64,000 nt of DNA from Zygnema circumcarinatum SAG 698-1b (lineage: Eukaryota; Plantae; Zygnematophyceae). Location of the stretch: the NCBI GenBank assembly GCA_037447605.1, contig CM074814.1, positions 186,001-250,000 of the forward strand, read 5' to 3'. The translations under genes were made by a program, and so were the position numbers. The notes under the pieces were generated by a model. That model searched no databases. It saw only the letters and a list, made by a program, of their open reading frames with translations, and was not told the DNA's origin. Below are positions 54,503-64,000 of this stretch, piece after piece. The first letter of the stretch is position 1, and each line of letters opens with the position of its first letter.

Positions 54503-57500
54503 TCACACCACTCCTCCCATCCACTCGACCTGTTCAGGCGCCTGCTTGTGCTCCTGGCGGTAGACCTCTGGATAGGCGCCCTGGAAGTTGATTTTTGGCT
54601 TTTCCGCCTGCAAAGGGGAATGCAGAAGCCCTTCATTTTTCACAAGGACAGAGTAGACAGATAGAGCAGACAGACCATGGAGACGAACAAACTCAGATTG
54701 ACAGAAGGGACTGGCGGACTGGCAGAGGGACGGAAGTGACGGACAGACAGACAGGACGGACGGACAGAGGCAGACAGAGACCTAATCAAACACATGCTAC
54801 CTCTCTCTCCCTTCCCACCTCCCTCCCTTCCTCTCCCTCCCCCCCCTTTCCCCCCTCCCCTTGCCTCTCTCTACTCAACTCTCTCATTCTTTCTACTACA
54901 CCTCAAACGCAGGGAGGAGAACAGACAAACCAGACACTACATTTTGCACAAAGAACTGGCCGACTATCCGAGTTACCCAAATCACAAAACATCCAATAAC
55001 CTGAATTACACAGATTAGCCAAATACCAAAAACTTAAATACTGAAGAAACCAAAACTTAAAAAGCCAAATAGTATCCACATACCCAAAAACCACGCGAAC
55101 TACCCAATAACCCAAACACCCACATACCCAACCTCCCCAAATTACCCAACCCTTCCCCCCCCCCCCTCCCCCTTTAGACCCAAATGCCCAAACGCCCAAA
55201 TGCCCAAATGCCCAAATGCCCAAACGCCCGAATGCCCAAATGCCCAAATGCCCAAACGCCCAAATGCCCCAAGTGCTTGCTTACACTCTTGAGCCAGCAT
55301 TCCTTGTGCTTGTGGTCGTAGATGTCCGGCGAAAAGCAGCCCTCCTCGTGCGGGCAGTACACCCACACATTGCATGCCTTGTCCTCCGCCGCCGCCTTCC
55401 TGCGATGGTCTAGGCAGGCCTGGCAGCAGTCCCCCGCGCTCTCCTTAAGGTGGGTGAGCCCCCACGCCACCGCAACGCCGTCGTAGTCCACGTGGGGCTC
55501 CGCCTTACACTCCGCAGGGAGCTCCTTCGCTATGGCGGCCGCCACGTCTGGTGGGAGACGAGGAGAGGGAAGGAGATGAGAAAGGGAGAGGGAAGGAGAT
55601 GAGAAAGGGAGAGGGAAGGAGATGAGAAAGGGAGAGGGAAGGAGATGAGAAAGGGAGAGGGAAGGAGATGAGAAAGGGAGAGAAGGAGATGAGAAAGGGA
55701 GAGGGAAGGAGATGAGAAAGGGAGAGGGAAGGAGATGAGAAAGGGAGAGGGAAGGAGATGAGAAAGGGAGAGGGAAGGAGATGAGAAAGGGAGAGGGAAG
55801 GAGATGAGAAAGGGAGAGGGAAGGGGGAGGTGGGGAGGGATGGGGAGGAGGAGGGGAAAGGGGGATGGAGGGAGGGAGGTTCACAGGGGAGGAGGAGAGG
55901 GGAGGGAGGGAGGGAGGGGGAGGGGGAGGGGGAGGGGGAGGGGGAGGGGGAGGGGGGGGAAAGGGTGAGAGGGGAGGGTGGAGAGGGAGGGGAGGAAAGA
56001 AAGGAGGGAAAGGGCCAGGTTGAGGGGGAGGAGGAGAGGAGAGGGCGGGCGAGAATGGGAGGGGGAAGGGGGAGGAAGGTCGAGGGGGGAGGGCGAGGCA
56101 GGAAGGAGAGGGGAGGAGGGAGGGGGAGGAGGAGAGATGACGGGGAGGAAAAGGAGGAACATGGGTCAGAATTGAGAGGTTGGCCTGAAGGAACTTACCG
56201 GCGTATGATTATGCGGTGATATATGATTAAATTAAGCAGAAAATCATAAAAATCATTGACTCCGATGAACGAGCGAGGTAAAGAAGGGAAAGAGCGAGGC
56301 ACAGAGATGAAGAGAAAGAGTACAGCCAAACAGGAAAATGACAAGAGACCAACCTTTAACTATCGTCGTCCGTTTTTTCGCTGTCAACCCAACGGCCCCA
56401 AAAGCAACCATGTGACGAGGGGAAAAAGAATAGGAGTGATGTGCAGAGAGAGAGGGAGAGGGGGAGAGGGAGAGAGGAAGAGAGCGAGAATTGGACGGTA
56501 AGGAAATATCTTTGATACTGCGAAGCCAATTACGACCTTTCATGACAACCTCACCATATTGCTGTTTTGCTTTTTCCACGAACCTTTCCCTTAATCTGAT
56601 ATTGCCCTAAACGTCCTGGTCCTAAAAAGTTCCATGAAGTCTGAAAAACCTTGAACCGAACGAACGTCCAAAATGGAAAATGACGAACTTAGAACCATTT
56701 CAGTCTGAATGAAGGTCTATCAGAGTAAAACTGCCCTAAAAAATTTTGAAACCTTAACATACTTGAAAATCGGGAAACCCTAATGTCATGATATCGCTTT
56801 CTATGAAGCCCAAAACCCAATAAACTAATTGTGTAACAGTGCTCCCTAAGCAGCTGACCTGCTTCCATTGCAGCCTTCCCTCTCTCTTCCTCCTGTGCCG
56901 CCTCCTCCAAAATCTCATTTTCAAAGTCAACTTTGTGATTGTTCCGCCTGCTTCCTATTTCCAGCTGGTTCACCTGCGATAAGGCGAAACATATTTTCTA
57001 CTTAATTGACTAATGCTCCATTCGGCAATAACGATTCATATTTAGTGACCTTTAATGCAAATTCAACAGTTAATGCAACACTGATATGGTTTCTGCGTTT
57101 GCTCGAATGTTTGGGTTAGGGAGAAGGCGAGGAGAGACAAAGGGGTGGGAGCAAGGGGATATCTCTTTCTTTGTCTTTTCCGATTTTTTTCGAGGTTTTT
57201 TTGGGAGAGGGGAAAAGAGCGTGCCTGGTCTATGAGAGGCTGAAACTCCCCTTCTGAACCAATGATTTGGGGATTTCGCCTGAACACAGTTTCTCCTGAA
57301 TCCTTCACTGCGCCATTCACCAGCGCACGTGAGAGAGTGTGAGAGAGGAAGAGGGAGAAAAGAGAGATTGAGAGAGTCTCAATTCCTAAGGAACAGTAGC
57401 ATTCCCACAAGTTCATAGGAGGGAGCGAAGGGAGACGATGACGAGAAAACGGAGGTGGTGGGTTGAAAAACGAGGGAGAGGACGTGAAACCAGGGGTCGA

Positions 57501-59966
57501 GAGAGAAGGGAAGAAGCAAGGGAGGAGAATCCCGCAAATAAGAAAGAAACAGAGAAGAGGGCAAATAGGAATCAAGAAGGAAAAGGATAGAATGGAGGAG
57601 AGGGAGGGCAGAGAGAGGGAAGAGCAGAGATAGGGAGCGAGAGAAGCCAGCAGGGAGAATCTTGACAGGGAAGGAGGAGATGAGGAGAGGCGGGAGATGC
57701 ACGGAGAGCGGGAGGGAGGTCAAGGAAAGAAAAATGAGGAGAATGAGGTGTGATAGGAGGAAATGAAGGGCCCTTAGGGAGGAGACAGGGAGGGAGGGAG
57801 GGGAAACAAGTTGGCTTTTATGACATCTAACGGGATCTAGCTCGATTCACAAGCTGTTTGATCGCCCTAAACAGTTCCTTCAATTGCAAAATGCAAATAA
57901 ACATCCATTGCCAGATTCCTACATCCATCCGTGGATTTCCACAAAAATGCATAGAGTCAAAATATTTCCAAAAATAGCCCTCGAAATTGGCTCCATACGC
58001 TGACTTTCGAATCTGCCATCACTCCCAACCTCTTATCTTACTCACTTCTTCCATCGGCCCTCCTCATCCTCTCTCTGTCTGTCCTCTCCTCTGTCCACTC
58101 CTCTCCCTTACCCCCCACATTCCTCCCCTCCTGCACTCGACACCTTCCCCTTTCGCCTTCTCACCCTCTTTCCCCCACCCCCACCCACTCCCTCGTTCAC
58201 TTTACCAACCTCCAGCCTCTTCCCCACTCTCCTTCTCCCACCTTTCGCATCCTCTCCCCCCCCTCCCTACATCCATTCCCTCACTCTACCCTTCCCTCCC
58301 CTTCGCCCNNNNNNNNNNTGATATCGCTTTCTATGAAGCCCAAAACCCAATAAACTAATTGTGTAACAGTGCTCCCTAAGCAGCTGACCTGCTTCCATTG
58401 CAGCCTTCCCTCTCTCTTCCTCCTGTGCCGCCTCCTCCAAAATCTCATTTTCAAAGTCAACTTTGTGATTGTTCCGCCTGCTTCCTATTTCCAGCTGGTT
58501 CACCTGCGATAAGGCGAAACATATTTTCTACTTAATTGACTAATGCTCCATTCGGCAATAACGATTCATATTTAGTGACCTTTAATGCAAATTCAACAGT
58601 TAATGCAACACTGATATGGTTTCTGCGTTTGCTCGAATGTTTGGGTTAGGGAGAAGGCGAGGAGAGACAAAGGGGTGGGAGCAAGGGGATATCTCTTTCT
58701 TTGTCTTTTCCGATTTTTTTCGAGGTTTTTTTGGGAGAGGGGAAAAGAGCGTGCCTGGTCTATGAGAGGCTGAAACTCCCCTTCTGAACCAATGATTTGG
58801 GGATTTCGCCTGAACACAGTTTCTCCTGAATCCTTCACTGCGCCATTCACCAGCGCACGTGAGAGAGTGTGAGAGAGGAAGAGGGAGAAAAGAGAGATTG
58901 AGAGAGTCTCAATTCCTAAGGAACAGTAGCATTCCCACAAGTTCATAGGAGGGAGCGAAGGGAGACGATGACGAGAAAACGGAGGTGGTGGGTTGAAAAA
59001 CGAGGGAGAGGACGTGAAACCAGGGGTCGAGAGAGAAGGGAAGAAGCAAGGGAGGAGAATCCCGCAAATAAGAAAGAAACAGAGAAGAGGGCAAATAGGA
59101 ATCAAGAAGGAAAAGGATAGAATGGAGGAGAGGGAGGGCAGAGAGAGGGAAGAGCAGAGATAGGGAGCGAGAGAAGCCAGCAGGGAGAATCTTGACAGGG
59201 AAGGAGGAGATGAGGAGAGGCGGGAGATGCACGGAGAGCGGGAGGGAGGTCAAGGAAAGAAAAATGAGGAGAATGAGGTGTGATAGGAGGAAATGAAGGG
59301 CCCTTAGGGAGGAGACAGGGAGGGAGGGAGGGGAAACAAGTTGGCTTTTATGACATCTAACGGGATCTAGCTCGATTCACAAGCTGTTTGATCGCCCTAA
59401 ACAGTTCCTTCAATTGCAAAATGCAAATAAACATCCATTGCCAGATTCCTACATCCATCCGTGGATTTCCACAAAAATGCATAGAGTCAAAATATTTCCA
59501 AAAATAGCCCTCGAAATTGGCTCCATACGCTGACTTTCGAATCTGCCATCACTCCCAACCTCTTATCTTACTCACTTCTTCCATCGGCCCTCCTCATCCT
59601 CTCTCTGTCTGTCCTCTCCTCTGTCCACTCCTCTCCCTTACCCCCCACATTCCTCCCCTCCTGCACTCGACACCTTCCCCTTTCGCCTTCTCACCCTCTT
59701 TCCCCCACCCCCACCCACTCCCTCGTTCACTTTACCAACCTCCAGCCTCTTCCCCACTCTCCTTCTCCCACCTTTCGCATCCTCTCCCCCCCCTCCCTAC
59801 ATCCATTCCCTCACTCTACCCTTCCCTCCCCTTCGCCCNNNNNNNNNNCCCCCTCCCACCCACCATGGTGGTAGAGCGGTGCCAGCACCACTCCCGTGAG
59901 GTAAACAGCCGCGAGCAGATTCACTATGCAGAGCGTCATCGTCATCAACTTCACCGTTCCCGCCAT
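54503..59966 (-). CDS. Type-II membrane protein with C-terminal Cys-rich PAN/apple-like domain (resembles Arabidopsis At4g33380 family); exons include 59966-~59864, 57308-57225, 56973-~56859, ~56595-56556, 55547-55285, 54607-54503
   Basis: N-terminal TM (LCIVNLLAAVYLTGVVL). Conserved-looking CKAEPHVDYDGVAVAWGLTHLKESAGDCCQACLD...CNVWVYCP..GCFSPDIYDHKHKECWLK|AEKPKINF...VEWMGGVV*. Middle exons are less certain. Confidence 0.8.
55178..55270. repeat. (TGCCCAAA)n octamer repeat next to a splice donor
   Basis: ~11 copies of TGCCCAAA/CGCCCAAA. Confidence 0.85.
55562..55822. repeat. 23-bp purine-rich minisatellite, ~11 copies, abutting a splice acceptor
   Basis: Unit GAGATGAGAAAGGGAGAGGGAAG. Confidence 0.9.
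56789..59838. repeat. 1.53-kb direct duplication between 10-N gaps (probable assembly artefact)
   Basis: 56789-58308 appears identical to 58319-59838; N gaps at 58309-58318 and 59839-59848. Confidence 0.9.
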
Positions 59967-59984
59967 GGATCCAAAACCGTACTT

Positions 59985-60092
59985 CCTCCAAACCCTATTT
60001 CTTCCCTCCAAACCCTAATTCTTCCAAAACCCAAATTTTTCCCCCAAACCCTAATTCCTCCAAAGCCCTAAATCCGATCCCAACCCTAATTC
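59985..60092 (-). promoter_or_regulatory. Telo-box (AAACCCTA) cluster in the 5' leader
   Basis: AAACCCTATT, AAACCCTAATT x2 and AACCCTAATT within ~110 bp upstream of ATG 59966. Similar sites near other gene starts (13244-13270, ~16685, ~40493, ~61850). Confidence 0.55.
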
Positions 60093-61274
60093 AAAGGCCG
60101 AAGCCTTTCGTCAAACACAAGGGGGCTGGCGAGACCGGGCGGGAAAGTCCTTCCGTACAGCCCTGCACGGCAACTGGAGGTCGTTTAACGGCAACTGACA
60201 TGTGACTGTACGGTACTACTATGCATCTGTACGGTAAAGCCCTGGGGGAGGAATCTTTTTAGGGTCGTCCTTGAGGCGTAAGCTAATCAGAGAACGCCAC
60301 GTAAGACGAGGGATTACGTGGCATGTTCCGATTGGCCCCCAATGGTCAAAGGGAGCCTTGACCCTTCAGATCGCGCCAGTTGTCGTTTCTTTATGGAGCC
60401 GACCGTCACTGTAGCTGGGTAGGGCAGTTCGGACAGGGACTAAAAACATTTGTACTGCCGGGGGGAAGACCAGGAGACTTTTTCCACAAAAGACTACAAA
60501 TTCCGATTGGAAGAAAATTTCAAGTGCTATTACCCGCAGGCATAGGCCAATCCGATGCCGATTTTGGATTCTAACGGGCAGATGAAAGGTTTTTCCCTGT
60601 CCGTTTATTTTTTTTCCTTACTTTTTCAAGGACGAAATCTTTGAAAAACATATCATTATGGCAGATTCGGTTTCAAGATTCGACCGCTTGTCGTTTCCAG
60701 CTGGTGATGACGTCATTAGACCCTCGGGCGGCAAATCGGATACGCTGCAAGACACGGAGCAATCATGTGTCAGATACGATCCTCGTCAGAAACGACACGT
60801 GGCCCTCTTTCACTCGCCAAATCTCTCACTGCTCCCTGTCGGATTTCACGTGTCCGACTGCGGCTCTGGGCAGCCAATCGGAAGTCGAGGTCAGGTCGGC
60901 GGATCTCCTGCACCTAGAATGACTAGGATGATCAAACCAATCGAATCTTTTTCGACTGACTAATGGTTAGGTTTATTTTTTGGATATTTTAGTCGGCCTA
61001 AAGCTAGTCATCAATCACTCGTGGACCCTCTTTAGCCGCTCGACCGACCGCCGACGAGGCAACGACCTCGAACCATTTGCACGTACAGTAATCGCGAGTC
61101 GGCAGCGCCAATGAGAAGGCGACACGTGGCGTCCACGTCGCACTCACAAAATGTCCTGGAATGCGAATCTTGCTAGAGTTTTCCAAGAACTTGATGCGGT
61201 GTGCATTACATTGCGGACCACATTAATTGGTCAAATGAATGGTACTGTATATGGGTCTTGCACTGGCGACGGCA

Positions 61275-61468
61275 TGAAATGTGCATGTTCAACACAAAAC
61301 AACATGGGGAACCACGAGGAACCAAACGCTCACAATATTATGAAATGTGCATGCTCAACAACAAAAACAACATGGGGAACCACGAGGAACCAAACGCTCA
61401 CAATGGCATGAAATGTGCGTGTTCAACAACAAAACAACATGGGAAACCTCGAGGAACCAAACGCTCAC
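61275..61468. repeat. ~65-bp tandem repeat x3 upstream of the PGPP1-like gene
   Basis: ATGAAATGTGCATGTTCAACA...AACAACATGGGGAACCACGAGGAACCAAACGCTCAC at 61275, 61340 and 61408. Confidence 0.85.
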
Positions 61469-61771
61469 GAACGACCTACGGACGAAAGGAAAGACATATG
61501 AACTGAAATTTGCGTCTCATGCATGCATCCCTTTTTACATTCTTTCTGCCAGTGCAGAAATCAACGGTCCGGATGCATCCGATCGAAAATCAATCGGCGG
61601 CTGGTGTTCCTCACGATCTCATCGGACGGTGGAGCACGGCTCTGTGTTGCATGTCATCCAGTTTGACTCTGAAAAGTTTTTACTGGAACTGAGCCAACGG
61701 GGTCACATGGACCCTCGTGCCGCCGTGGACGCCCGGTCGCACGTGGCGTCCAGCGATAGGGCTCCTCCGAG

Positions 61772-62979
61772 ATGCCTCCGTTGGCTGCCACGTGTCCCAT
61801 CCATGGCTGCCCCCTCAGAGCTCAGAAGGCGGTAAACCCACCACTTGCAAACCCTAATTTTCTCTCCAGCAGGGCGGCAGGCTATTCATCTCCTTTGTTG
61901 CTTTCTAGAAATCTCTTCGTCAAGGGAGCGCTTGCGGCGGCTAAGTCTCAGCCTGAGAGGAGCGAGTATGCAGGGAAGCTGAGGGAGAGAGCACTGCGCA
62001 GTGCAGGGTTTGATGGGACCATCGGAAGGGGAAGAATTAGGGTTAGTGAAGGGGAAGCCATGGCAGATGCTGTGGCAAGAGGAACGGTAGATTCATCGAA
62101 GTGGGGCGCTGCGTCTGGAGGACGCAGCAAGGATGGAAATGAGCATGAATTAGGGTTTGCAGGTACTGAAGAGACGAGGGGAGTGCTAGATGGGACGATA
62201 GTTGAACAAGATACAAGGATAGCGGAGAGGCTGGATGCGGTTGAGCAGCAGCAGCAGCAGGAGGAGGAGGAGAGCACTATGGCTGGAAAAGGCCTTGCTG
62301 CGAAGTTAGGTCAGAGCTTCAACCCGGCGGGAATCGGCTTGTTTTTTCGGCTTATCACAGGAGAGAGGCACCTGGCACTGCCGCATGCGAGTGTTCCCGA
62401 CATAAGGTGGGCTTACATTTCCTTGTTGTTAGTTGCTCCCCTCCCTCTCTCTCCCTCTCTTGCTTCGCATTGATGTGGTCTTTCGCAGTGGTTTGTGAGA
62501 GGGCTTAGGGCTGACTCAGTATGATCCTAAAGGGGAGGAAGCAACGGCTTTGGAGACTCAATTGGGTGTCAAAGTAATTCGCCACAGTGAGTAATCCATT
62601 AGCCCTTCAACTCAACATTGCTTTCCATGGGACCCATGAGCCATGCGAATTCGAAAATTTTCCTTCCTTTCTTAATGCGGAGAAGAGAATGTAGAGCCCT
62701 GACCCAGCTTTGCATTTATTTTGATGCAGATACAAAAAAACCTGCAGGGGGAGCTGAGGAGTTAGTCGAACATTTTGGCTGCACAGCATCTCAGCTTGTG
62801 ATGGTGAGCCCAACCAGAACCTGTTTCTTGATAACATAATAAATAAATAATAGATGATAATAATACTAATAATAGATGCCAGTGAAGTAAGCGTTGTCGT
62901 TTTTCCCGAGCGGGATCAACGGAAAGCTGCAAAAGAGAGAGGCTTCTGCTATTTGAATGTGCCCATCTCTCCTCCTCTC

Positions 62980-63019
<40 letters not shown>

Positions 63020-63439
63020 CTGATCATTGGCCTTTAAGTTCTTGTGGCAGGTGGGAGATCGTTACTTCACTGATGTTGTGTACGGAAATCGGAATGGTCT
63101 CTTCACCATTCGACCTGCTCCGATATCTGTTCAACTTGAACCCTTTGTAGTACGGCGGGTAAGTGCTTGTTCGTGGCAGGAGGTTCATCTCCTTTATTTT
63201 TTTTTTTATTCTTTCTTTCGTCAAACTCTCGTTTTCTTCTCAAATTGCAGACCGGTTATGAAGATTGTTTAGTTTGGTATGTTTGCAGCTCATTATTGAG
63301 TGGCGAGTATGCGGTGCAGGTCAGAGAATTTGAAGACCTCCTTGTTCAGAGATGGATGAAGGACAAACATTTGAAGGTGCTTCCACACCCATTGGCGAAG
63401 AATCCAATGAATTTTATCAAGGACCCAGGATGCTGGTAG
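61772..63439 (+). pseudogene. PGPP1: Plastid phosphatidylglycerophosphate phosphatase (HAD IIIA, PGPP1-like) missing the motif-I exon as assembled; exons 61772-62406, 62509-62586, 62730-62803, 63051-63158, 63320-63439
   Basis: LGQSFN...RHLALPHASVPDIR, GLTQYDP...LGVKVIRH, KKPAG, MVGDRYFTDVVYGNRNG. No DKDNT/DxD motif and only 102 nt between exons 1 and 2, which are phase-incompatible. Confidence 0.75.
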
Positions 63440-63572
63440 AGGCCACATGAAGCCTAACTTTTTTTTTTTTGGTATTTAGAACAGTTTTGAAAAGCAAGTC
63501 AGAGAACATGTGAAGGGGGCTGACTTGATTACAGTTCTGGATCGATTTTTTTTTTGTCAATTTTGCCGAACA

Positions 63573-63737
63573 ATGAGAGAAGCAGAAGTGTTGGCTTTAG
63601 TGGAGGCGGAGGGACGAAGTTTAGAGGGACAGATTTGGGAGGAAAATAAGAAGGCTCTGCAATTCAAGAAGGGGAAGACTTTGGAGGCCCTGAGGGCAGC
63701 AAAGAGGCTGGAACTGCAGTTGAACTCTTTGGGTTGA
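63573..63737 (+). other. Diverged inverted copy of the FYVE4 C-terminal repeat; 54-aa ATG-initiated ORF
   Basis: SLEGQIWEENKKALQFKKGKTLEALRAAKRLELQLNSLG* matches the end of the 437-5397 exon (source ~437-585). Confidence 0.8.
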
Positions 63738-63990
63738 TCCTCCTCTTTGTGGTTGATCTTTGAGGTTGATCGTTGAGGTTGATCCTCCTTGTTAAGGTTC
63801 ATCTTTGAGATTGATCCTCCACGTTGAGGTTGATCCTCCACGTTGAGGTTGATCTTTGAGGTTGATCCTCCTCTTTGTGGTTGATCTTTGAGGTTGATCC
63901 TCCTCTTTGAGGTTGATCTTTGAGGTTGATCCTCCTCTTTGAGGTTGAGCTTTGAGGTTGATCCTCCTCTTTGAGGTTGATCTTTGAGGT
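63732..63990. repeat. GAGGTTGATCTTT / GAGGTTGATCCTCCTCTTT minisatellite derived from the FYVE4 3' UTR
   Basis: 13- and 19-bp units. The source motif is present 2-3 times at 382-436 as the reverse complement AAGATCAACCTC. Confidence 0.85.
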
Positions 63991-64000
63991 TACAGGAGAG

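Noticed and set aside
56789-59838. Tandem exon duplication enabling mutually exclusive splicing
   Set aside because: The copies appear identical and are bounded by 10-N gaps; best explained as contig overlap.

Overview
Gene-dense, intron-containing eukaryotic nuclear DNA of plant type (TTTAGGG telomere-like repeats, telo-boxes, G-boxes, plant-type gene families). The CT/GA-rich introns and weak polypyrimidine tracts suggest a streptophyte alga or other early-diverging plant; this is inference and no taxon can be fixed from the sequence. Manual GT/GC-AG splicing gives about 11 genes: a FYVE4-like protein with 9 DM14-like repeats (-), an organellar cysteine synthase (+), an F-box/kelch protein (+), an NADK3-like NADH kinase (+), a MEKK/MAP3K-like pseudokinase with a ~1100-aa disordered N-terminus (+), a small plastid-type two-TM protein (+), asparagine synthetase (-), two STP/HUP sugar transporters forming an ~11-kb head-to-head inverted duplication, a Cys-rich PAN/apple-like membrane protein (-), and a PGPP1-like phosphatase lacking its catalytic exon (+). 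Also present: two non-autonomous long-TIR elements with 8-bp TSDs (one carrying an inverted pair of CCAAT-N9-CCACG motifs, one with a putative Mutator transposase remnant), interstitial telomeric arrays around an extremely GC3-rich exon, several mini/microsatellites, an inverted copy of the FYVE4 3' end at the window end, and two assembly-artefact duplications at 10-N gaps. Best leads: a candidate spliced 40-aa TM peptide in the FYVE4 leader, a possible single-repeat FYVE4 microprotein, the MAP3K pseudokinase, asymmetric decay of the STP pair, and exon-specific GC3 spikes next to repeats. No tRNA, rRNA or CRISPR array was recognised.
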